From: Candidatus Woesearchaeota archaeon
GTDB taxonomy: Archaea; Nanobdellota; Nanobdellia; SCGC-AAA011-G17; JACPIM01
NCBI GenBank assembly: GCA_964513145.1
Contig: CAZELK010000003.1
Span: 48,870-112,869, forward strand
Direction: 5' to 3'
Length of the DNA stretch: 64,000 nt
This document shows positions 1 through 10,377 of the stretch, in pieces. The position numbers and the translations under genes are program-made. Position 1 is the first letter of the stretch, and the number at the start of each line of letters is the position of its first letter. Below the pieces are notes generated by a model, which was not told the origin of the DNA, made no database searches, and saw only the letters and a list, made by a program, of their open reading frames with translations.

Positions 1-41
1 TTATTTCGAATTATAATTTTTCTTATAAAGAAAATTTAAAA

Positions 42-437
42 TTGGAAGATCTGATCACGATCATTATTGCAGATTGTCCGGAATCTAGATATATTGAAAG
101 CATCCCAATATTACTTTTAAAAAATAAGATAAACCCATTGTTATTATTAGAATTAGCCTTAAAATACAATATTAAAAACCAAATAGGGTATTTGTTAGAA
201 ACAAGTTTTATTATAGCTAAAAAATTTAGAATTTCTAAAAAGATAGATTATCTTAATGATTTATTGGAATATCTTGGATTATACAAACAAAATGAACTTA
301 TAATACTTGGTTATGATGCTGATAATCTATATAAAGAGTTTTTAAGAAAAACAAGTCCAATCAGAATAAAGAAATGGAATTTATTAGGGAGATATTTTGA
401 TGAAGATTTTGTTCATAATGCGGGAGTTTATTTATGA
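42..437 (+). CDS. hypothetical protein; upstream partner of the AbiEii-like nucleotidyltransferase (antitoxin-like position)
   Basis: 131 aa ORF whose stop overlaps the next start (ATGA, 434-437). No recognisable catalytic motif. Role inferred only from operon position. Confidence 0.3.
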   Translation: MEDLITIIIADCPESRYIESIPILLLKNKINPLLLLELALKYNIKNQIGYLLETSFIIAKKFRISKKIDYLNDLLEYLGLYKQNELIILGYDADNLYKEFLRKTSPIRIKKWNLLGRYFDEDFVHNAGVYL

Positions 438-949
438 TTAAAAAAAATGATTTATTAAACTGGTTAAAGGAAATAGACCCCAAATTAGAAAACAAAATAG
501 TTTTAACAGCTGTTGGCGGAACTGCAATGACACTTTTAGACTTAAAAGAATCAACTATTGATATTGATTTTGACATAAATAAAAATAATTATGATGAATT
601 TAAAAAATTAGTTTTACGATCTAAAATATTTCGTGTTGATATTTTTCAAAATGGATATATATTTTCTGAACAACTCCCTGAAGATTATGTTGATATTGCT
701 TTTGAATATAATTCTATTAAATTTAAAAATATAGTCCTTAAAATATTAAACCCAATTGATATTATTTTAACTAAATCTGCAAGATATAATTCCAGAGATG
801 AGGAAGATATAGCAACATTAGTTAAGAAAATTAAAATTGATAAATCCAAATTAAAAAAGAGATTTCACAAGGTATTAGAAAGTTATGCTGGACTTGAAAC
901 TAATTTTAAATATAATTTTGATTTTATTTTAAAGAAGCATTTTGACTAA
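434..949 (+). CDS. minimal nucleotidyltransferase, AbiEii/DUF1814-like
   Basis: Motif VGGTAMTLLDLKESTIDIDFD fits the GGTA...S/T.D.DF signature of AbiEii-type nucleotidyltransferases (Pol-beta fold GS...D.D). Translationally coupled to the upstream ORF. Confidence 0.5.
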   Translation: MIKKNDLLNWLKEIDPKLENKIVLTAVGGTAMTLLDLKESTIDIDFDINKNNYDEFKKLVLRSKIFRVDIFQNGYIFSEQLPEDYVDIAFEYNSIKFKNIVLKILNPIDIILTKSARYNSRDEEDIATLVKKIKIDKSKLKKRFHKVLESYAGLETNFKYNFDFILKKHFD

Positions 950-953
950 AAAA

Positions 954-1106
954 TTACTTTTTAAATTGCGGACCCTGAACACATAATACGCACATATCTT
1001 TTCTCTTGTTAAAGCATTTATCACAAACATAGGCCAAACAATTATTACAAACCACATTAGCCCACTCTTTACCACAAATGCTACAAAGAGCTTTAATGTC
1101 CCCCAT
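954..1106 (-). CDS. small zinc-ribbon protein (50 aa, not in ORF track)
   Basis: Reverse-strand ORF ATG(1106)..TAA(954) translating to MGDIKALCSICGKEWANVVCNNCLAYVCDKCFNKRKDMCVLCVQGPQFKK, with four CxxC pairs. Conserved Cys spacing suggests a real mini-protein. Confidence 0.4.
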   Translation of the reverse strand: MGDIKALCSICGKEWANVVCNNCLAYVCDKCFNKRKDMCVLCVQGPQFKK

Positions 1107-1157
1107 AATCTTTTTAAGATAATAATCTATTTAAATATATTTAGGTTTGATTATTTT

Positions 1158-1340
1158 ATGGTTTTAAAAGAAAGAAAACTAGAACAAGCCTTAAAATTGT
1201 ATTCTGAAGGAAAGGTAACTTTATGGAAAGCAGCGAGACTTACTAACATTTCTTTATGGGAAATTATGGAAATAATTAAAGAAAAAAATATTAAAATACA
1301 ATATGGAGAAAAAGAATTAAAAGAAGATCTTAAATTTTAA
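1158..1340 (+). CDS. UPF0175 family antitoxin-like small HTH protein
   Basis: LKLYSEGKVTLWKAARLTNISLWEIMEIIKEKNIKIQYGEKELKEDL matches the UPF0175 consensus (LYeeGklSlgkAAelAG.s..EF.elL...gI....s.EeLeeDL). No PIN or DUF3368 partner is adjacent. Confidence 0.7.
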   Translation: MVLKERKLEQALKLYSEGKVTLWKAARLTNISLWEIMEIIKEKNIKIQYGEKELKEDLKF

Positions 1341-1788
1341 ATCCCAATAAACTATTATTTAGGAACTTTTCAGCTTCTTTAATAATGTCTTTTGCACTTT
1401 TAAAACCCAATAATTTTAAAGCTTCTTTATAATCCACCCACTTGAAATCCATGTGTTCGAATGATATTTTGATTTCTTTTGAGCCTGACTTTAGTAAATA
1501 ATATGCGACTTCTTTATCAATTAATTTACCATCCTTTTTAAAAAAATATTTTATTGATTTTTTAAAACCTTTAATTAACTCTAAATTAACTAATCCAGTT
1601 TCTTCTTTTATTTCTCTTAACAAAGTTTGTTCTTCTGCTTCATTTAATTCGACATGGCCTTTTGGAAAATCCCAATATTTATGCTTACCTTCTTTATCGT
1701 TAATTCTTTCATATTCTAATAGGAGGTATTTTCTTTGATTATTTTCTTCTATAAAAATTAATCCACCAATAGATTTCTCCTTGACCAT
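1330..1788 (-). CDS. NUDIX hydrolase
   Basis: Nudix box GHVELNEAEEQTLLREIKEETGL (Gx5Ex7REUxEExGU). Confidence 0.8.
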   Translation of the reverse strand: MVKEKSIGGLIFIEENNQRKYLLLEYERINDKEGKHKYWDFPKGHVELNEAEEQTLLREIKEETGLVNLELIKGFKKSIKYFFKKDGKLIDKEVAYYLLKSGSKEIKISFEHMDFKWVDYKEALKLLGFKSAKDIIKEAEKFLNNSLLGFKI

Positions 1789-1847
1789 TATTATTTGATT
1801 TTTTCAAAATATAAAAATATTTATATTAAGCAGTTTAATCAAGATTC

Positions 1848-2453
1848 ATGTCTTTATTTATTATTTCAGGGTCTTCACAATCAGGAAAAACCACCCTAAT
1901 TAATCTCCTTTTAAAGGAGAAAAATATTGTAAGAATTATAACAGCTACCTCTAGAAAGCCCAGACTAGGAGAAAAAGACAAAGTTGATTATTATTTCTTA
2001 AAAAAAAGTGACTTTAAAAACAAATCCAAATTTATTGAAACTGCTATTGTGCACGGCAATTATTACGGAACTTTAAAAAAAGAGCTAGATGACAAATTAA
2101 AATCTGGAAAAAATGTAATCTGGATCATGGATGTACAAGGAGTAAAATATGTTTTGGATAATTATAAAGAACTTCCAAAAAATATAGTTACTATTTTTTT
2201 AACTCCAATTAAATTGTCTATTCTTCTTAGCAGGATACAGTTGAAAAATGACATAAACATGGAAAAACGAATAACCAGCATTAAGGAAGAAGTAAAGCAA
2301 CTTAATTTATTTAATTATATTATTGATACATCAAAAAATGTTGAAAATAGCTTGAATGATCTTAAAACAATTATTAATAATGATAAAAATAATATTAAAA
2401 AGATTGTTAAATTTACTAAAAACTTTGATATTAATTATTTTATAAACAATTAA
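1848..2453 (+). CDS. gmk: guanylate kinase
   Basis: P-loop GSSQSGKTT plus ATSRKPRLGEKDKVDYYF and HGNYYGT, all characteristic of guanylate kinase. Confidence 0.8.
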   Translation: MSLFIISGSSQSGKTTLINLLLKEKNIVRIITATSRKPRLGEKDKVDYYFLKKSDFKNKSKFIETAIVHGNYYGTLKKELDDKLKSGKNVIWIMDVQGVKYVLDNYKELPKNIVTIFLTPIKLSILLSRIQLKNDINMEKRITSIKEEVKQLNLFNYIIDTSKNVENSLNDLKTIINNDKNNIKKIVKFTKNFDINYFINN

Positions 2454-2529
2454 TTCTTCTGAAGATCATTTATTAATCTAGTTTATTGATATTAATAAAG
2501 TTTTTAAATTTAAAAAACAATTCGAAATT

Positions 2530-2919
2530 ATGCAGAAAACTATATACAAGATCAAAAAAATAGAGGTTGCTGATTTTAAACCAAAAGAGTCTGTTTCTAT
2601 GATTAAAATAACTTATACAAAAAACGACCAAATACAGCAGATTGTCAAAGACTTTTCAACAACAAATAACCCAGTTGAACTTGTTAATAAGATAATGCTG
2701 GAAGTTAAAAGTAAGGATAAAGTAATAGTTGAGGAAAGCGACGATATTTTACAAAATATTTACATCACCAGAATTGAAAATGAAGAAGCAACAGAAGAAA
2801 AAATGCTAATGTTTTTTCAAAATTTATGCGCTAAATTCTCCAAAATAAAATCCTTGAAAAAAGCATCAGACTACATGAAATTATATGACGAAATTAAAAT
2901 TACAAAATTAATTTTATGA
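2530..2919 (+). CDS. hypothetical protein
   Basis: 129 aa ORF with native-looking AT-rich codon usage. No recognisable motif. Confidence 0.4.
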   Translation: MQKTIYKIKKIEVADFKPKESVSMIKITYTKNDQIQQIVKDFSTTNNPVELVNKIMLEVKSKDKVIVEESDDILQNIYITRIENEEATEEKMLMFFQNLCAKFSKIKSLKKASDYMKLYDEIKITKLIL

Positions 2920-2985
2920 CAGCCGTATCCCAACAGTCCAGCTAGATAGTTTATTAAAAGGAAAAACTCTTGAAGAATGGAAGAA

Positions 2986-3000
2986 ATAAATTTATAATTA
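2986..3000 (+). promoter_or_regulatory. archaeal BRE/TATA-like promoter for kae1 (leaderless)
   Basis: Purine-rich AGAAATAAA followed by TTTATAAT at 2991-2998, about 24 nt upstream of the kae1 ATG at 3022. Confidence 0.35.
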
Positions 3001-3021
3001 CTCTTTTCTTTGTTTATACTT

Positions 3022-3987
3022 ATGATTTGTTTAGGCATTGAGGGAACTAGTCATACATTTGGTTGTGGAATTGTGACTAGCAAGAAAAAGATTCTTTCTG
3101 ATGTTAGAGATATGCATACGACTGAAGAAGGAGGAATTATACCAGTTATTGCAGCAGAACACCATAAAAAAATAGCTAAACAAGTAATTGAAAAAGCAAT
3201 TTTGGAAGCGAGATATCCAAAAATAGATTTAATTAGTTTTTCAAGAAGTCCGGGATTACCGCCGAGCCTGCATGAAACTAGAAAAATTGCATTGGAATTA
3301 GCAAAAGAAATGAATTTGCCAGTTATTGGCGTTAACCATGTTGCTTCGCATTTAAGTTCTGCTCATTTTCATACTAATGTTAAAGACCCAGTATATCTTT
3401 TTGTTTCTGGAGCAAATACACAATTATTAATTTTAGAAAATAAGAAATTTCATATTATTGGAGAGTCTTTAGATATTGCAATAGGAAATGCTTTAGACAA
3501 ATTTGCAAGAGAAATTGGCTTGGGTTTTCCAGGCGGACCAAAAATTGAGGAACTAGCAAAAAATGGTTCTTATGTTGGCTTGCCTTATTTAGTGAAAGGA
3601 ATGGATTTGAGTTTTTCCGGCATAGTAACTTATCTTACAAATTTGTATAAGAAAAATTTTAAAAAAGAAGATTTATGTTTTTCTTTTCAAGAAACTTGTT
3701 TTGCTATGCTAACAGAAGTAGCTGAAAGGGCTATGGCAAACTGCGATAAAAAAGAATTAGTTTTAATTGGGGGAGTAGCTGCAAATAAAAGATTAAAGGA
3801 AATGTTAAATATCATGTGCAATGAAAGAAAGTCGAAATTTTATTCTGTTCCATTGAAATATAGCGGGGATCATGGCGCAATGATTGCTTATCAAGGTATT
3901 TTGGAATATAATTCAACTAAGAAAGTAAATACAGAAATAAATCCTTATGAAAGAGTTGATCAAATAACTGCTAACTGGAAATATTAG
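3022..3987 (+). CDS. kae1: tRNA N6-adenosine threonylcarbamoyltransferase Kae1 (KEOPS catalytic subunit)
   Basis: N-terminus MICLGIEGTSHTFGCGIV and the HVASHL metal-binding motif. The ORF-track start at 3010 is a TTG. The first in-frame ATG is 3022, which restores the typical Kae1 N-terminus. No fused or adjacent Bud32. Confidence 0.85.
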   Translation: MICLGIEGTSHTFGCGIVTSKKKILSDVRDMHTTEEGGIIPVIAAEHHKKIAKQVIEKAILEARYPKIDLISFSRSPGLPPSLHETRKIALELAKEMNLPVIGVNHVASHLSSAHFHTNVKDPVYLFVSGANTQLLILENKKFHIIGESLDIAIGNALDKFAREIGLGFPGGPKIEELAKNGSYVGLPYLVKGMDLSFSGIVTYLTNLYKKNFKKEDLCFSFQETCFAMLTEVAERAMANCDKKELVLIGGVAANKRLKEMLNIMCNERKSKFYSVPLKYSGDHGAMIAYQGILEYNSTKKVNTEINPYERVDQITANWKY

Positions 3988-4024
3988 AACCTTTTTAATT
4001 AAAAAGCTTTACCAAAAATTTACC

Positions 4025-4663
4025 CTAGCTTGCTTCTGCGAATTTTATTCTCAAATTTTTTAATTCCTTTTTAATTTTATTATGAATGGTTGCTGCTGAG
4101 ATGTCTAATTCTTTAGCAACTTTCTTCATACTTTTTTCTTCTTCAAAATACTTTTTAAATATATCTTTAGTTTGCGGTTCCTTGATGCTGTAATTTATAC
4201 ATTTTAATAATTCTTCTTTTTCTAGAATATCTACTTGCTTTTCTCTTTCTGATTCTACTATCTCTTCCAATTGAGACCAATTATTATTTGTAACATATCT
4301 ATGTCTTTTTTCTTTTCTTAGCGAGTCAAGTATTTTACTTTTTGCACATGAATAAACGTATGTTGAAAATCGGCTTTGATAATTATAATTTTCAATATTA
4401 TTTATGGCTTTTAATAATCCCAGATTTCCTATGCTTATCAAGTCTATAAAATTAATTTTACAACCTAGAAATTTATTCGCAACAGCACTAACAACCCAAA
4501 GATTATGATTTAGCAGTTTTTCTTTTATTTTTTCATCTTTTTTAGCTTTTTCTACCAATTCTTTTTCTTCTTCGTCATTTAGCCTGTGATATTTACTTAT
4601 TTCATTAAAATAAATCTCAATTACATCAACACCATTTTTTCTTTTATATTCCAATCTTTTCAT
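4025..4663 (-). CDS. sigma-70 family RNA polymerase sigma factor-like protein (regions 2 and 4 only; ECF/SigH-like size)
   Basis: NLWVVSAVANKF..FIDLISIGNLGLLKAINNIE..SRFSTYVY aligns with sigma region 2 (NLRLVVSIAKKY..FLDLIQEGNIGLMKAVEKFD..KFSTYA). C-terminal SMKKVAKELDISAATIHNKIKKELKNLR aligns with the region 4 HTH (TLEEVG..VTRERIRQIEAKALRKLR). ATG start; AT-rich like neighbours. Confidence 0.75.
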   Translation of the reverse strand: MKRLEYKRKNGVDVIEIYFNEISKYHRLNDEEEKELVEKAKKDEKIKEKLLNHNLWVVSAVANKFLGCKINFIDLISIGNLGLLKAINNIENYNYQSRFSTYVYSCAKSKILDSLRKEKRHRYVTNNNWSQLEEIVESEREKQVDILEKEELLKCINYSIKEPQTKDIFKKYFEEEKSMKKVAKELDISAATIHNKIKKELKNLRIKFAEAS

Positions 4664-5063
4664 TATTAGAAATTTAATTTTTGTATTTTAATATATTTCT
4701 ATCTAGAAAGAATTTTTTATTAATAATTTTAGAATTAAAAAAATAAAAAAACATAGGTAATTGGCTTGTATTTTATTTTTGGGCTATTAGTAACTGCAAG
4801 CTGAATACGTCGCCGAAGCTTCGTACTTACACTTCAGTCCTATCAAACTCATGTTCTTTGAGCGCCCTATATCTCTTTTCAAGTATAGCTTCCTCCTTAG
4901 ATGCTTTCAGGAGTTATCTATTAGAGCGTAGCTGCTCGGCCTGCCTTGTCAGACAACCGATACACCAGAGGCTCCGAATCATTGTTCCTCTCGTACTAAA
5001 TGATCCTTACCTTCAGATATTAAGCACTTCCAGTAGATATAATCCAAACTGTCTCACAACGTT

Positions 5064-5150
5064 ATGTTAAACGGGAGGAATTGAACCTCGCTTCGGCAAA
5101 TACATAGAGATGTTTTAATTTGCTTATGTATTTGCTTACAACCGTTGCTT
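5064..5150 (-). other. intron-like insertion (about 87 nt) in 23S domain V between GAGCTGGGTT and AACGTTGTGAGACAG (A-loop / helix 92-93 region)
   Basis: Canonical GGGTTTAGAACGTCGTGAGACAG is interrupted. The insert contains an 11-bp hairpin GCAAATACATA/TATGTATTTGC and AACGG/CCGTT at its ends. Confidence 0.55.
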
Positions 5151-5204
5151 AACCCAGCTCACGAACCATTTTAATGGGTGAACACCCCCACCCTTGGCTG
5201 CCTA

Positions 5205-5394
5205 CAGTTCGAAGGACAATTCGTGAAAATAGTTTTCCTTAAAGTCAAAATATTAGTGATTAATTTAATATAGTTCTAAATAGTTCTCAAATTAACATAC
5301 TAATTTTTAGACTTCTAAGTAATAGATATCGGAAATAAAAGACATTTTGACTTGAAAAACTATTGTTCGTATGATTGTCCTTCGACATTCTGCA
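5205..5394 (-). other. intron-like insertion or expansion (about 190 nt, very AT-rich) in the 23S 3' domain within the GGCTG...CAGCC helix loop
   Basis: Closed by a perfect 12-bp inverted repeat TCGAAGGACAAT/ATTGTCCTTCGA, with outer CAG/CTG pairing. Flanking rRNA sequence GTGGCTG / TAGGCAGCCAAGGGT is conserved. A further 31-nt hairpin insert sits at 5401-5432. Confidence 0.5.
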
Positions 5395-7034
5395 CAGCCA
5401 CTATATTGATACAAGAATTAACTTTATATCATGGATATGGTGAGCCGACGTCGAAGTAGCAAACAGCGCCATCGATATGAGCTCTTAGGCGCTACGACTC
5501 AGTTCTAGGGATCTAAGAGAAAATTTTTGATCTCTAAGATTATCCCCGAGATAGCTTTTCTGTCATACCTAGCCCCTATTAATAAGGACATAGGGGTTCG
5601 CTAGACCAGACTTTCGTCTCTGGATTTTTTAATAGTCAAAATCCAGTCAGGCCAACTTTTGCTCTTGCACTCTTCAGAAGATTTCCAAACTTCTTGAGTT
5701 GACCTTAGGGCCCTGTTGATATCTTTTCAACAGGGTGCCGCCCCAGCCAAACTGTCCAACTGCTGCTGTCCCAACTTTCGTTGGTAAGTAACATAAATTC
5801 TACAGAGTGGTATTTCAATTTTGTCTATCCTTAACCTAGCAGCTAAGGCATAGCGACTACCACCTATACTACACAGTAGAACATATATCACAACAACAGT
5901 CTACAGTAAAGTTCTACGGGGTCTTTTCTTCCCGCTGGAAGTCTCTGGCCTGCACACCAGAAGGGTATTTTCAGTGGATACTAACTAGGGACAGTGCGGA
6001 TCTCGTTACGCCATTCATGCGCGTCGTCATTCAAACGACAAGGTACAACGATATCATTAATCTCATTTCTCAGATTCAACTTTTCAGTTCAAAATGTGAA
6101 AGATATTTTTTGTTTAACAAACCCAAGGCAATTCTCTTAGATGAATGGCTTTTTCATCAAAATCTATAGCGAGATTAATGATAATTTCGCTACCTTAAGA
6201 GAATTATAGTCTAGAATTGTTAAAGATTTTTCTTACAACAAATATTCCCGCCGTTTACAAGTCCTTAGCCTCCTTGAAAAGAGGTTTTAGATACTTGCAC
6301 TGGGCAGACGTCACGTCTCATACACATCATTGCTGACTTGCGAGACGTTACGTTTTTGTTAAACAGTCGGACCCGCCTAGTCACTGCGCCCTGTAATTGC
6401 AGTTAGAAACTACAACCGCAGGGATTCCTTCTACCAAAGGTACGGAACTAAATTGCCGATTTCCCTTAGCTAGTTTACACCATCATACCTTAGGCTTCTC
6501 ACCTAGAGTACCTGTGTTGGTTCTGGGTATAATTATTCAAGATCCTTTTTAATTTCATTTTCACGGACTCCAGGCATCAACCAAATGGACCATAAGGTCC
6601 ACTATTCTTAAAATTAATCAAGTTCTCACCATTACGGTACTTCCTTGATTTGTTTTAATTAACATCCAAGACAATAGATGTTGGCTTAGCCCAAAATGTC
6701 TGAAACTAAACTTGTGTTACCACGCGTACTTGAATAGTAAAGGAATATTAACCTTTTTCCCATTCCCTAAGACCTATTAGGCCTTTGGTTAGGATTAACT
6801 TACTCTTAGCTGATTTGCATTGCTAAGAAACCCTTACTCTTACGGTATCAGGGAGTCTTACCCTGTATTGCTCCTACTACTACCAGGATTCTCATTTTTA
6901 TTAGGTCCACTATTTCTTTCGAAAAAGCTTCTACCCTAACAAAGCGCCTACCTACCACATAAGTTCTTTACTTAGTCTATAGTATCGGTAACTGATTTAG
7001 CCCCGTCCATCTTCAGGGCATATAACCTTGACAG

Positions 7035-7077
<43 letters not shown>

Positions 7078-8348
7078 TACCTCCCTGCTGTCTCTGGTTA
7101 TACACGCCTTTTACCCTTTAACACTTAATCAGTATTTAGGGACCTTAACTATAGTCTGGGTTGTTCCCCTCTCGCGATATAAGCTTAACCCACATCGCTT
7201 TTTCCTAAGGTCTCAGATGACAAAATATTCGGAGTTGGACGAAGAGGGGAGGAATTTCTTCCCCTTACCCCTAAATCCGTAGCTCTACAATTTTATCTAT
7301 CTCACTTAAGACTAGACTGAGGCCTATTTCGGTAGGAACCAGCTATAACCAGTCTCGATTGGCTTTTCACCCCTAATCTAAGGTTATACAAACAGATTTA
7401 CACTAGAACTGCTTCAGGCCTCCACAAGGTTTTACCCCTGCTTCACCTTACCCTAGAATAGATCGACTGGATTCGGGTAGCATCCAAGTGACTATAGGCA
7501 CTTTCATACCTAACCCCTCCTTGAAAAGTGTGGGTTTTTGGTTTCCCTTCAAGTTCAAACTGAAAAGTTTTTACTTTCGCCACTTAAATGCACTCCCTGG
7601 CTCGTTATTCGAAACGCACGATACAACTCCGAAGAGCAGTATCATTCTGTATTCATTAGGTTTCAGGATCTTTTCACTCCATGTTAAAGGTTCTTTTCAA
7701 CTTTCCTTCGCAGTACTCTTTGCTATCGGTCTCAAGTTATATTTAGAGTTGGAAGTTAATAGCTCCCACATTCACACCCCATATCCGAGGAGTGCTACTC
7801 TGGATACCTCGCAAGTCTATTAATCTGCTCTACAGGACTATCACCTTCTATGATGTCTTTTTCCAAAGAACTTTGAGCAGAATTAATTAAGATCAAAAGC
7901 AAGGTCCAAACACTACATTTCTATTTTATTTCTAAAATAGATTCAGTTTGCTCTATGTCGTTTTTTCTCGCTGATACTCACGACATCTATTTGATTTCTT
8001 TTCCTCCAGGTACTAAGACGTTTCAATTCCCCAGGTTCCCAATCTTTTCAGATTTAATGAGAAGTCTCATTCAGAAATCTCCAGTTCACAAGTTGCATGC
8101 ACTTCGCTGGAGCTTATCACAGCTTGCCATGTCCTTCTTCGGAACTTGAGCCAAGTCATCCACCTAATGAAGTAGGAAAAATACAGGCCAATTACCTATG
8201 CACGGAACTATATAAAAATAATTCCCTTGACCCAAAAAAATTTCTTTTTCTGAGCTGCATTTTAAACTTTTTAAAAAAAGTTTAATCAAAAATAAGAACC
8301 GAGGTTCTTTTCAACTCCTAAAAGTTGATTATATTTTTGAATATGAAA

Positions 8349-8495
8349 TGGACCCGTCGGGATGTTCATTACTTTTAATTTCTCAAAAGTTTATTTTGAA
8401 CCCGAGGCCCCTGCCTTGCAAGGGCAGTGCTCTATTGCCCCAAACTTTGTAAAAAGTTTTGATCAAATTATTTGACCAGACTGAGCTACGGGCCC
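8349..8495 (-). tRNA. tRNA-Ala(TGC) in the 16S-23S spacer, interrupted by two introns (D-loop about 40 nt; T-loop about 32 nt)
   Basis: Reverse complement GGGCCCGTAGCTCAGTCTGGTCA[..40 nt..]GAGCACTGCCCTTGCAAGGCAGGGGCCTCGGGTTCAAA[..32 nt..]TCCCGACGGGTCCA. G3:U70 identity pair; anticodon loop CTTGCAA; T-stem TCGGG/CCCGA. No encoded CCA. Confidence 0.8.
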
Positions 8496-8545
8496 ATTTA
8501 TTTAATTGAAATATGTAGGTTATTATGCATCTAGTAAAAAAATAA

Positions 8546-10090
<1,545 letters not shown>

Positions 10091-10377
10091 AATCGCAAGA
10101 CTTTTATGAAAATAAAAGATCTTTTTACTAGATTCTGCGCGACCTACATATTTGCATCATACTTAATGAAAATTAAGTACTCATAGACCCATATGTTTAT
10201 CATTGAAATCAAAACATATGGCTTCAATTTATGAATAGAATTGTGAATATTATCTTTAAGCCGCCATGAAAATTTTTAATCAAATTACTTCTATATAAAT
10301 GTTTCTTTTTAAATGGCTTTGGTGATATAAAATTCTTATAGCTGTTTAACTTGCAGATTAACGAAGTGATTATTGGT

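Noticed and set aside
3010-3021. ORF-track N-terminal extension of kae1 (MFIL...) from a TTG at 3010
   Set aside because: The in-frame ATG at 3022 restores the conserved Kae1 N-terminus (M-x-x-LGIEGT). The upstream TTG lies within the TATA-proximal region.
4664-4790. 5S rRNA downstream of the 23S
   Set aside because: The 125-nt spacer between the 23S 3' end and the sigma gene is almost pure A/T with T-runs. It is terminator-like and cannot encode a structured 5S. The 5S is probably elsewhere.
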